NCBI GenBank assembly: GCA_014381465.1
Contig: JACNLP010000051.1
Location: forward strand, 689-64,688
Source: Flavobacteriales bacterium
GTDB taxonomy: Bacteria > Bacteroidota > Bacteroidia > Flavobacteriales > BACL11
Length of the DNA stretch: 64,000 bases
Reading direction: 5' to 3'
The notes under the pieces: model-generated
Database searches by the model: none
Told to the model about the DNA's origin: nothing
What the model saw: the letters and a program-made list of their open reading frames with translations, nothing else
Part shown: piece after piece, positions 38,201 to 46,041 of the stretch
Layout of the letters: the number at the start of each line of letters is the position of its first letter
How positions within the stretch are numbered: the stretch's first letter is position 1
Made by a program: the position numbers and the translations under genes

Positions 38201-40187
38201 TAAGGATTCTACTGCTACAAATTGGGACACTTTAAATGTAACAGGAAATACGGTTTCTAACCTTACTTCTCTGCCCTTTGGCTTATCTGGTTCAGCATCT
38301 CAAAATGGTTGGCAGCATATATTAACATTAAGTGGATTATCTTCAGCCACTACTTATAATTGGCAAGTAATTTCCGCTTGTGCTTCTTTTAATATATCTT
38401 CTGCAGTAAATGGAGCTAATTTTACAACTATACCGCCATGTGCTACACCAAATACCTTATTTACTTCTGGAATTGCTGCTACTAATGCTACGGTAAATTG
38501 GAGTACAACAGTTACTGCAAATCATTATGCTTTAAGAGGTAGAATCCAAGGGAATAGTGGTTGGGCAATTAATCTTGATAATTTACAAGGTACAAGTAGA
38601 ACATTTTTTAATTTAACAGCAGGACAAGTATATGAGTGGCAAGTAAGAAGCGTTTGTTCTAATGACACTTCAGAGGTTTCTGCTTGGTCAGTTTCTCAGA
38701 TGTTTACCACATTAGTAAGTTGTAATAATGCTCCATCAAACGCAACAGAAATAAATATTGGATTAACAAATGCTACTTTAACTTGGGATTTGCAAGCAAG
38801 TGCTCAAAAATATGAAGTAAGATTTAGAGCTGTAACTCAAGGGTGGTCAAGTTTAGTTTATACAGAAACTACACAAACTTCCATGGATAAAACAGGGCTT
38901 ACTGCAAGTACTCATTATCACTGGCAAGTAAGAGTAATATGCGATACTGTAAATAATATCAGATCAGGCTGGTCATCATGGAATAATTTCTTTACGGATG
39001 CTTCTTGTGGTTTGCCTAATAACTTACAAGTAATAAATAGTATTACTACTTTAACCTCTGCTACAGTAAGATGGTATGGACCAATGAACACGATTTATTA
39101 TTTTATGTTCAAAGAAAATGCAGCTGCTAATTGGGATACTCTAAGCGTATTAGGAAGTTCGGTTTCCAACCTTACACCACTTGCTTCTGGAATTGCTGCA
39201 AATTCATCTACTGCTGGCTCTGAATCTACTATTACTATTACAGGATTATCTTCTGCTACTACTTTTAATTGGAAAGTAATGTCGGTTTGTTCTTCTGTAA
39301 ATACTTCTACTGTTGTAAGTGGTTCTGATTTTACAACTCTTTCCGCTTGTGCAACACCAACTAATCTTACTTCATCACCTCTTACTAATAAAGCAACTGT
39401 AAGTTGGGGAGCAACAAGTAGTGCAGTTAAATACGATTTAAGAAAAATGGAAGTAGGAGGATCTACTTGGAGTACGCTTAATAATTTAACTTCAACAACA
39501 AGAACATTTTCTGGATTAACCCCTGGTGTAACTTATGAGTGGCAAGTAAGAGCTCATTGTGATTTAACAGGGACTAATATATCTGATTGGACTGTATCAG
39601 AAGCATTTACTACGCAATTGGTATGTACAACACCTACTAATCCAACTGAGAATAATATTACTGGAATAACTGCCGACTTTAGTTGGGATGCTATTCCTAA
39701 TGCTTGGGGTTACAGAATTTTCTACTTGAAATCGGGTGCCGCTTGGAATACAAAAGTAATTGATACCATAAATACTAATTTATATTCTGCAACAGGATTG
39801 GATCCTAACTCAACATATCGCTGGAGAGTTCATGGAGTTTGTGATGTTTCAGGATTAAATAATTCTGGTTTTACCTCCTTCCAATATTTTACTACTCTTT
39901 CAAGTATTAGAATTACTGCAGGAGATGATAATTTAAGTGATAACTTAAATATTTACCCTAATCCAACAAGAGGAATTTTCAATATTAGCTTTATCTCAGA
40001 TGAACTAGATAATTTTGAAATATCGGTGGTTGATGCTTTTGGAAAGCTAATCTCAAAAGAAGAAAAACAAGCATTTGTTGGAGAATATACAAAACAGCTT
40101 GATTTATCTCAGTACCCTAGAGGAATCTACATGGTGCAAATAAGAACTAATAACTCTTTTGTAAGTAAAAGAGTAGTGGTTCAGTAA
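32202..40187 (+). CDS. Giant T9SS type-A cargo: FN3, unknown domain, 49-aa Cys repeats, Ig-like domain, 20 tandem FN3 domains, CTD
   Basis: Signal peptide ending LVAQ; repeated C..P..L...........W....Y..(Y/R)...W...L.....Y.W.V...C.....S......FTT; CTD LNIYPNPTRG...GIYMVQI...VSKRVVVQ; TACATTTG at 32146-32153. Confidence 0.93.
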   Translation: MKKNFTQGFKRITFAFTLILFALSSQLVAQTCTQPSGLNTTNISNFTVTANWDSLVGIDHYRLRYKLFNDVSWTFKQGLIAGSVINTNLTNLTANSSYIWQLKAYCSVGNTNGSLWSVADTFITTNYPTDCNNTPNGTAYIDSCGNCVGGTTNQSPCIAFSPTISIALASLISNDTTTITFQTSQDPNEPDMSSAVFSSDSGRFNFSGLNINDTIGSSSVVAGGGFVTVNTTLMVDFFINPDKLVVKAVDNISGALYGSFIIENKAGGGILVTSSSPSDNNNVTNGNSQTIILNNMFVNPAPTTINFASTITSDLGDVDNQTTTAIIVDLCIPTTSSTTITACDSYTWNAVTYTTSGTYTDSLINAGGCDSIATLNLTINSSTTSSTTITACDSYSWNGSTYTTGGVYTFVTTNAAGCDSTATLNLTINSSTSSSTTITACDSYTWNGSTYTTSGVYTFVTTNAAGCDSTATLNLTINSSTSSSTTITACDSYTWNAVTYTTSGTYTDSLINAGGCDSIATLNLTINNSISVSNNVTICDGSSYIVGNSTYTASGTYTDTLTTTNNCDSIITTNLNVITLSVSITASGTTNFCSGDSVTLSTTATNVTFQWNDDNGIISGAISSSFVATTTGNYSLTITDINGCSATSSAINVTVTTIPIPTNLTSGNISFTSATLSWDNIPSISLYEIRYRVNAGAWLNIVISNNSVNSSALTSNTTYEWEVRAICPNNSNLASAWSATQTFTTLGCTDVTGLNVTNILLDRATLNWNATSTANSYDILFSEVGGSWQYISGIPTNSRLKTGLNTATSYLWKVRSVCSTDTSLVSNWSVVDTFSTPTVCTTPLNTSTTGVGLTTATLNWDAVAGVSEYIIRVKGVSAAWGAWVYDTILTNSYNVSGLNSATAYHWQVRAACNPLGFNSSGFTGASTFTTLTPCTNPAGLTVGNVTAFDASVSWLASMSAIGFEVYYSVQGSGVWDTLTTTSTSVTISGLAFATTYEWGIMSICALGGINNSSVVFGTPFTIDNQCADPTNLIVSGITTDEATLNWDASTLVDHYDLRYRETGATSWTTINNIPGSVSSKTVTGLILSTTYEWELMAICDLFNNISTWIVGSNFTTLSCPVPTNTTTSNILLDRATVNWNAVSGAYNYQIRFKAISSSTWQMVSNFGTSRTIVGLSANTDYHWQVQTFCNASGTNISDWSDTIPFTTPSVCITPINSTASIVGLDFATLTWDSVPGVSEYIIRVKGVSAVWAAWVYDTLTTNSFTSTGLSNSTNYHWQVRAACNPLGFNSSGFTAFNLFSTLIPCGNPTALTVDSVGVNEAYLSWASPVGADHFVVLYSDSGSGVWNSVTTTNTNIVLSALSTYAPHEWKLIVFCDATGLNNSDTITGSNFTTANPCTVPNGLTTTNIGLTSATFNWNAAALAHHYEFRRRAQGTTNWITLLNLSGTSITVNTLSSATTYEWQVRTICTFNGSSFSDWSSTQMVTTLTQCSSTTNQTTSSISLTSATLSWDAVPGAWGYRLRFKETAAAFSAWQYDTLLSPTTSIVKTGLTPGVDYHWQVLTMCESSGINNSSFSALENFTTIALCANPTNLSVSQITLTSAKLNMFGPNNPDHYYVLYKEISAVVWDTIVLSGADISAGAASKIVTGLNPATTYQWKSQTSCQADDSNLSAFVSGPNFTTITPCEVPTNLTSTVNGQDVTFNWNAVAGAVFYTAKYRQLGGNWQTVSNLSTATYSVTNLGYGLSFEWQVSSHCDFMGLNVSTFSASDTFTTASCPLPTNITVTNIQTDRVTVAWTNDPSVNHYAARVREAGTIIWTKDITHIFGSNKTVTGLSDGVTYEFQIRSACTNDTSNVSAWTAMQTFTTLTNCNTKPTFLTTSNITLTSADLSFTGTINAIKYIVRFKESSAAWGAWQIDTLSAPLVSLSKTGLTAGTNYHWQVMAVCDNAGTNVSAWSNYETFTTNQPCSSPTGLSVLQSLMTTSSASLRWFGPMNTPYYVMFKDSTATNWDTLNVTGNTVSNLTSLPFGLSGSASQNGWQHILTLSGLSSATTYNWQVISACASFNISSAVNGANFTTIPPCATPNTLFTSGIAATNATVNWSTTVTANHYALRGRIQGNSGWAINLDNLQGTSRTFFNLTAGQVYEWQVRSVCSNDTSEVSAWSVSQMFTTLVSCNNAPSNATEINIGLTNATLTWDLQASAQKYEVRFRAVTQGWSSLVYTETTQTSMDKTGLTASTHYHWQVRVICDTVNNIRSGWSSWNNFFTDASCGLPNNLQVINSITTLTSATVRWYGPMNTIYYFMFKENAAANWDTLSVLGSSVSNLTPLASGIAANSSTAGSESTITITGLSSATTFNWKVMSVCSSVNTSTVVSGSDFTTLSACATPTNLTSSPLTNKATVSWGATSSAVKYDLRKMEVGGSTWSTLNNLTSTTRTFSGLTPGVTYEWQVRAHCDLTGTNISDWTVSEAFTTQLVCTTPTNPTENNITGITADFSWDAIPNAWGYRIFYLKSGAAWNTKVIDTINTNLYSATGLDPNSTYRWRVHGVCDVSGLNNSGFTSFQYFTTLSSIRITAGDDNLSDNLNIYPNPTRGIFNISFISDELDNFEISVVDAFGKLISKEEKQAFVGEYTKQLDLSQYPRGIYMVQIRTNNSFVSKRVVVQ
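33205..33780 (+). repeat. Four in-frame 147-bp (49-aa) repeats in A-B-B'-A order
   Basis: CATCTTCAACTACAATAACAGC starts at 33205, 33352, 33499 and 33646; units 1 and 4 are identical over 130 nt. Confidence 0.95.
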
Positions 40188-40210
40188 ATAGTTAGTGATT
40201 AAATATTTTT

Positions 40211-40241
40211 AAAAGAAGGAGGTAATACACCTCCTTCTTTT
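40211..40241 (+). terminator. Intrinsic terminator after the FN3 giant gene
   Basis: AAAAGAAGGAGGT-aatac-ACCTCCTTCTTTT plus T-tract. Confidence 0.88.
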
Positions 40242-40254
40242 TTATAAAAAATAC

Positions 40255-41229
40255 ATGAATAAAAATAATTCTTATAACTGCTTTGTTTGTTCTGCTGATT
40301 TCAAAAAAATAGTAGAAAGAAAGGATAAATATACTTATTATAAGTGTGAAAAATGTGCATTAGTTACCATTTTCCCTCAACCTGAGGATAAAATAATTAG
40401 CGAATATTATGATGGATTTTTATTCAAAAAACCAGAAGATAATGAAATTTCATCTCGAAAAAAAATAATTGACAAGGATGTAGATTTGATAGCGAAAGAC
40501 ATTAAGAATATTAAGAAGGAGAACAATTTATCCTTATTAGATTTTGGTGGAGGAACAGGTTTTTATGCTAATTCTTTTTATCAGCACGGCTATAAAGTAA
40601 CTCTTTTGGATTTAGATAAGCAAACGTGTAAGTATGTAAAATCAAAATTTCCAGAAATTAATGTTATTTGTACTAATCCAATGCTTAATGCTATTAATAA
40701 AAAATTTGATATAATATTTTGTAATCAAGTAATAGAGCACTATAAAGATTCAGATAAATTATTAAACACTTTACATTCTTTATTAAATGATAATGGATTA
40801 TTAATTATTACAACTCCTAATCAGCAATGTAGAGAATATTGGTTTCGCCCAACTTGGGTGTGGGATTATATAAAACTTACTTCAGATAATTTTTTACAAA
40901 GAATAAAAAACACATTTAAATTATTATCAGATTCATGGCTTTGTTGTGATCCTCCAAGACATATTTATGCATTCAATAAGAAAAATTTAAGTAAGTTACA
41001 TAAAAGAAATAAATTAGAAGTAATTTCGGTATTTACTGAGTATGTAACAACACAAAATTATTCCTTAAAACAACATAGAGATTTTTCCTTTAAAAGAATA
41101 CAAAGTGTACTAAAAATTATTTTTAATATTTACGCAAATTTAGGCATATCATTATTAAAGTTCCTTGATAGGAAAAATAATTGGGGAAATAATTTAGTTA
41201 TTTTCTCTAGTAAAGAAGTTAAAAAGTAA
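40255..41229 (+). CDS. Class I SAM-dependent methyltransferase with N-terminal CxxC...CxxC (glycan-locus type)
   Basis: CFVC...CEKC; LLDFGGGTG; FDIIFCNQVIEH; LIITTPN; DPPRHIYAF. Confidence 0.85.
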   Translation: MNKNNSYNCFVCSADFKKIVERKDKYTYYKCEKCALVTIFPQPEDKIISEYYDGFLFKKPEDNEISSRKKIIDKDVDLIAKDIKNIKKENNLSLLDFGGGTGFYANSFYQHGYKVTLLDLDKQTCKYVKSKFPEINVICTNPMLNAINKKFDIIFCNQVIEHYKDSDKLLNTLHSLLNDNGLLIITTPNQQCREYWFRPTWVWDYIKLTSDNFLQRIKNTFKLLSDSWLCCDPPRHIYAFNKKNLSKLHKRNKLEVISVFTEYVTTQNYSLKQHRDFSFKRIQSVLKIIFNIYANLGISLLKFLDRKNNWGNNLVIFSSKEVKK

Positions 41230-41252
41230 TAATCAGTTGTATTACAATGAAA

Positions 41253-41284
41253 TTTGTGAGTTAAGCAAAAAGGTATTATATTTG
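41253..41284 (+). promoter_or_regulatory. Canonical Bacteroidota promoter for rimP-nusA-infB
   Basis: TTTG (41253-41256), 20-nt spacer, TATATTTG (41277-41284). Confidence 0.75.
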
Positions 41285-41309
41285 CAGCCAAGAAAATAGA
41301 GATAAAAAG

Positions 41310-41338
41310 AAGATGGGGCTAATAGCCCCATCTTTTAT
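41310..41338 (+). promoter_or_regulatory. Terminator-like hairpin in the rimP 5' leader (possible attenuator)
   Basis: AAGATGGGGCT-aat-AGCCCCATCTT then TTAT, between the promoter and the ATG at 41348. Confidence 0.65.
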
Positions 41339-41347
41339 ACAGCTAAA

Positions 41348-41803
41348 ATGATAGCAGAAGAAAGAGTAAGCAAATTAGCCAAAGAAAAGGTTTTAGAACT
41401 TGGAGGGTTTTTAGTATCGGTAAAAGTGAACCCTCAAAATGGAATAAAAGTTTTTGTAGATAAAAATGAAGGAATATCTATTATAGAATGTTTACAAATT
41501 AGCCGGTATATTGAGAGCAAGCTAGATAGAGAAATTGAAGATTTTCAGCTTTCAGTTTCTTCTCCAGGATTGAGTAATCCATTTTTAGTGCAAGAACAAT
41601 ACCAAAAAAATATCGGAAAAGATGTTGTAATAAAACTAAAAGATGGCAAGAAAATAAAAGGAAAACTGCTTGCTTTTGATGAAAAACTAAAAATTGAAAC
41701 AAGCAAAAAAGAAAAAGGAAAGAAAAAAATAATAAAACAGGAGAAAATAATTTCTTCTGAGGAAATAAAAGAAACAAAATTAATTATAAAATTTAAGAAA
41801 TGA
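41348..41803 (+). CDS. rimP: Ribosome maturation factor RimP
   Basis: IKVFVDK..GISI.EC..ISR, LSVSSPGL..P, QY.KNIG; first gene before nusA-infB. Confidence 0.95.
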   Translation: MIAEERVSKLAKEKVLELGGFLVSVKVNPQNGIKVFVDKNEGISIIECLQISRYIESKLDREIEDFQLSVSSPGLSNPFLVQEQYQKNIGKDVVIKLKDGKKIKGKLLAFDEKLKIETSKKEKGKKKIIKQEKIISSEEIKETKLIIKFKK

Positions 41804-43047
41804 ATATAGAGAATTTAATTGAGTCGTTTTCCGAGTTTAAAGAAGTAAAAAACATTAACAGAGAAACTATGATGAATATTTTGGAAGATGTTTTTAAATC
41901 GGTATTAGCCAAAAAATATGATGAAGCCGATAATTTTGATGTTATCATAAATGTAGATAAAGGAGATTTGGAAATTTGGAGAAACCGAGAAGTTGTAGAA
42001 GACGGCAAAGTAGAAGATCCTATTTCTCAGATAGCTCTTTCGGAGGCTCTAAAAATTGAGGATGATTATGAAGTAGGAGAGGAAGTTTCTGAGCAAATTG
42101 ATTTTAGTACAGAATTTGGAAGAAGGCATGTGCTTTCTATTAGGCAAAACTTGCAGGCAAGAGTGCAGGATTTGAATAGAGAAGAGATTTTAAAGAAATA
42201 TGAAGAAAGAATTGGAGAAATTGTAACAGGGGAGGTTTATCAGGTTTGGAGAAATGAAATTCTTTTACAGGATGATGATGGAAATGATTTAATTCTTCCA
42301 AAAGCAAATCAGATACCGAGAGATTTTTTTAGAAAAGGAGAAACAGTAAAAGCAGTAGTGCTTTCAGCAGAACTAAAAAATAACAAAGCTCTAATTACAC
42401 TTTCTCGTATTGCTCCAGAATTTATAGAGCGACTTTTTGAAACAGAAGTTCCAGAGGTTTTTGATGGACTAATTACCATAAAAAAAGTAGTAAGAATGCC
42501 TGGTGAAAGAGCAAAAGTAGCAGTAGAATCTTATGATGATAGAATTGATCCTGTTGGAGCTTGTGTTGGGATGAAGGGTTCTAGAATTCACGGTATTGTT
42601 CGTGAACTTAGAAATGAAAATATTGATGTTATCAACTTCACTGAAAATACCCAACTGTTAATTACGCGTTCGCTTAGTCCTGCAAAAGTGAGTTCTATAA
42701 AGGTTAATGAAGACAACAATACAGCTGATGTGTATATGCAGCCCGACCAAGTATCTTTGGCTATTGGGAAAGGAGGGTTTAACATCAAATTAGCAGGACT
42801 GCTTACCGGATATGAAATTGATGTTTACAGAGATATGGATGAGATGATGGATGATGTGGCTATTGAAGAATTTTCTGATGAAATTGAAGGGTGGATAATT
42901 GATGAGTTAAAAGCAATTGGATGCGATTCAGCTAAAAGTGTATTGGAATTGGATGCAGAAGATTTAGTAAAAAGAACTGATTTGGAAATAGAAACTGTAG
43001 AGAATGTATTGTCAGTACTAAAAAGCGAATTTGAAACAGAAGATTAA
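41800..43047 (+). CDS. nusA: Transcription termination/antitermination factor NusA
   Basis: S1 and KH domains: VRMPGERAKVAV, DPVGACVGMKGSRI, SLAIGKGGFNIKLA. Confidence 0.98.
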   Translation: MNIENLIESFSEFKEVKNINRETMMNILEDVFKSVLAKKYDEADNFDVIINVDKGDLEIWRNREVVEDGKVEDPISQIALSEALKIEDDYEVGEEVSEQIDFSTEFGRRHVLSIRQNLQARVQDLNREEILKKYEERIGEIVTGEVYQVWRNEILLQDDDGNDLILPKANQIPRDFFRKGETVKAVVLSAELKNNKALITLSRIAPEFIERLFETEVPEVFDGLITIKKVVRMPGERAKVAVESYDDRIDPVGACVGMKGSRIHGIVRELRNENIDVINFTENTQLLITRSLSPAKVSSIKVNEDNNTADVYMQPDQVSLAIGKGGFNIKLAGLLTGYEIDVYRDMDEMMDDVAIEEFSDEIEGWIIDELKAIGCDSAKSVLELDAEDLVKRTDLEIETVENVLSVLKSEFETED

Positions 43048-43060
43048 TTAAAACGAAAAT

Positions 43061-45580
43061 ATGTCAGAGAAAAAAATACGACTTAATAAGCTTACAAAAG
43101 AGTTAAATGTAGGAATTGATAGGATTTTATCTTTTCTTCAAGAGAAAGGACATGATGGATTTAACCCTACATCAAAAATATCTGATGATATTTATCAGTT
43201 ACTTCTTGCTGAATTTCAGATGTCAAAGCAAGCAAAAATGGCTGCAAAAATTGTTGCTACCAAGCGAACAATGGAGCAAGAAAGTAAAGAACTAGCTGCT
43301 GATGAGGTAGAAAAAATAAAAGTAGAAACACCAAAATTAGGATTTAAAACAATGGGGAATATCGATTTGTCCAAAAATAAATCGGTAAAAGAAAAAAAAG
43401 AAGAAAGCCCTAAAGTCCAACCAAAAGCTGAGCCAAAAAAAGAAGAAAAAAAGGAAGATGTAATAAAAGCAAAATCGATAAAATTAAATTCTCCAAAGCT
43501 AACTGGAGAAAAAATAGATTTAGGAAAATTCCAACAAAAAAAGAAAAATCCTGTTGCTACATCATCTGAAGGTGGTATTGCTGGAAAGAAAAAAAGGAAA
43601 CGACTTACAAAGAAAGTAAATCATGATAGATTTAAGGGCGGGAAACCCAAAAAGAAAAAATCAAATGTAGTTGAAGTTGATACGGAAGAAGCTCAAAAAA
43701 GAGTAAGAGAAACTTTAGCAAAACTACAAGGTGGAGGAAAGAAAACATCAGTAAAAAACAGAAGAGAAAAAAGAATTGCTCATAAGGAAATAGCTGATAA
43801 AGAAACAGCTGACTTGCAAGCCTCTAATAAGGTAATAAAAATTACTGAATTTGCTACAGCTGGGGAACTTGCAACTTTAATGGATGTTCAGGTTACAGAA
43901 ATTATTTCAGCCCTTATGTCGCTTGGTCTTATGGTAACTGTGAATCAAAGATTGGAGGCCGATACTATCCAAATTATTGCAGAGGAGTTTGGATTTAAGG
44001 TAGAATTTGTTGGAGTGGAAGTACAAGAAGCAATTCAGGATGTTCAGGATAAAGAAGAAGATTTACAAAGCAGATCACCAATTGTTACTATTATGGGACA
44101 TGTGGATCATGGGAAAACTTCTTTACTCGACTATATTAGAGATACTAATGTAATTGCTGGAGAATCAGGAGGGATTACTCAGCATATTGGGGCTTATGAA
44201 GTAACTTTAGATAATGGGAAACAAATCTCATTTTTAGATACTCCTGGCCATGAGGCATTTACTGCCATGCGAGCAAGGGGTGCAAAAGTTACCGATATTG
44301 TAGTAATTGTAATTGCTGCTGATGATAGAATTATGCCACAAACTAAGGAAGCAATTAGTCATGCACAAGCAGCTGGTGTTCCGCTTATTTTTGCAATAAA
44401 TAAAATTGATAGAGAAGCCTCTGATGCTGAAAAGATAAAAGGAGCATTAGCCGAAATGAATCTTTTAGTAGAAGATTGGGGAGGAAAATTCCAAAGTCAG
44501 GATGTATCAGCAAAAACAGGTGTAGGAATCCCTGAGCTTTTAGAAAAAATAATATTAGAAGCCGAAATGCTGGATTTAAAAGCAAACCCAAACAGAGATG
44601 CAACAGGAGCTGTAATTGAAGCATCATTAGATAAAGGAAAAGGATATCTTACTACTATTTTGGTGCAAAATGGAACTTTAAAGATTGGGGATTATGTGCT
44701 CTCTGGAGGGTTTAGTGGAAAAGTAAAAGCTCTTTTGGACGAAAGAGGGAGCAATATTACTCAAGCAGGGCCAGCATCTCCAGCAGTTTTGTTGGGGCTT
44801 AATGGAGCTCCTCAATCGGGTGATACTTTTAATGTAATGCAAGACGAACAAGAAGCAAAAAAGATTGCTACTAAAAGAATGCAGCTTAAAAGAGAGCAAG
44901 GAGCTAGAACACAAAAACACATTACCCTTGATGAGATTGGAAGAAGAATTGCACTTGGTGATTTTAAGGAGATAAATATAATTGTAAAAGGAGATGTAGA
45001 TGGCTCAATTGAGGCACTTTCTGATTCTTTAGAAAAACTTACCACTGAAGAAATAAGCGTGAATATTATCCATAAATCGGTGGGGCAAATATCCGAATCA
45101 GATGTGATGTTGGCATCTGCCTCTGAGGCCGTAATTATTGGTTTTCAGGTACGCCCATCATTTCAAGCAAGGAAATTAGCTGAAACCGAGCAAATTGATA
45201 TCCGTCTTTATTCGGTAATATACAAAGCCATTGAGGAATTAAAACAAGCAATGGAGGGGATGCTTTCTCCTGACATTCAAGAAGAAATTGTTTGTAGTAT
45301 TGAAATTAGAGAAATATTCAAAATTTCAAAAGTTGGAACTATTGCTGGCTGTATGGTTCTTGATGGGAAAATAAATCGAAACTCAAAAGTAAGAATTATT
45401 AGAGACGGAGTAGTTATTTATACAGGAGAATTATCCTCATTAAAACGATTTAAAGAAGATGCTAAAGAAGTAGCAAAAGGTTTTGAATGCGGACTTTCAA
45501 TTGATAAATTTAACGATATAAAAGTAGGAGATATTGTAGAGGGTTTTGAAGAAAAGGAAATTAAAAGAAAACTTTCTTAA
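43061..45580 (+). CDS. infB: Translation initiation factor IF-2
   Basis: [36 protein letters not shown]. Confidence 0.98.
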   Translation: MSEKKIRLNKLTKELNVGIDRILSFLQEKGHDGFNPTSKISDDIYQLLLAEFQMSKQAKMAAKIVATKRTMEQESKELAADEVEKIKVETPKLGFKTMGNIDLSKNKSVKEKKEESPKVQPKAEPKKEEKKEDVIKAKSIKLNSPKLTGEKIDLGKFQQKKKNPVATSSEGGIAGKKKRKRLTKKVNHDRFKGGKPKKKKSNVVEVDTEEAQKRVRETLAKLQGGGKKTSVKNRREKRIAHKEIADKETADLQASNKVIKITEFATAGELATLMDVQVTEIISALMSLGLMVTVNQRLEADTIQIIAEEFGFKVEFVGVEVQEAIQDVQDKEEDLQSRSPIVTIMGHVDHGKTSLLDYIRDTNVIAGESGGITQHIGAYEVTLDNGKQISFLDTPGHEAFTAMRARGAKVTDIVVIVIAADDRIMPQTKEAISHAQAAGVPLIFAINKIDREASDAEKIKGALAEMNLLVEDWGGKFQSQDVSAKTGVGIPELLEKIILEAEMLDLKANPNRDATGAVIEASLDKGKGYLTTILVQNGTLKIGDYVLSGGFSGKVKALLDERGSNITQAGPASPAVLLGLNGAPQSGDTFNVMQDEQEAKKIATKRMQLKREQGARTQKHITLDEIGRRIALGDFKEINIIVKGDVDGSIEALSDSLEKLTTEEISVNIIHKSVGQISESDVMLASASEAVIIGFQVRPSFQARKLAETEQIDIRLYSVIYKAIEELKQAMEGMLSPDIQEEIVCSIEIREIFKISKVGTIAGCMVLDGKINRNSKVRIIRDGVVIYTGELSSLKRFKEDAKEVAKGFECGLSIDKFNDIKVGDIVEGFEEKEIKRKLS

Positions 45581-45975
45581 TCTTTAAAAATGATTACTTT
45601 AGAAGGTACAATATAGCATCTGAACTTAGAACTGATTTCACTTTGTACTTTTTTGGCTTGTAGCTTGGTGTGAAAATTCCCAACCACCACTTTAAAATAT
45701 GGTGCTTTGTGAGTTAGATACGCCCTAATTTCAGGAAAATTTTGTAAAAACCTTGTTCTTACTTCTTGTGCTTTTTCTCTATCAGTATTTGAGAAAATTT
45801 GAAGACGCCAACCCATTACCCCTTTCTCTTTATTTAGATTTATGTGCCTTTGAAGAAGATTTTTTACTCTTTGATCTCCTAAAAGAGAGGTTTCATAAGT
45901 TTGCAAACTATCGGTAGTTTGTCCAAAAGTTATTATAGGAACAAAGAAAAAAGCAACTAATAAATATTTTAACAT
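45577..45975 (-). CDS. Exported SPOR-domain protein
   Basis: Signal peptide; GWRLQIFS...A...F...[10 protein letters not shown]; TACTTTTG at 45980-45987 (minus). Confidence 0.85.
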   Translation of the reverse strand: MLKYLLVAFFFVPIITFGQTTDSLQTYETSLLGDQRVKNLLQRHINLNKEKGVMGWRLQIFSNTDREKAQEVRTRFLQNFPEIRAYLTHKAPYFKVVVGNFHTKLQAKKVQSEISSKFRCYIVPSKVIIFKD

Positions 45976-46041
45976 TTTACAAAAGTAAGATAATGTTGTA
46001 ATGCGGCAATGTGAAAGTTTAATAATTGAGAAAGGGTTGGA

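Noticed and set aside
31988-41229. tRNA-anchored integrative island (tRNA-Gln, FN3 giant, methyltransferase)
   Set aside because: No integrase or transposase, and I found no duplicate of the tRNA 3' end downstream.
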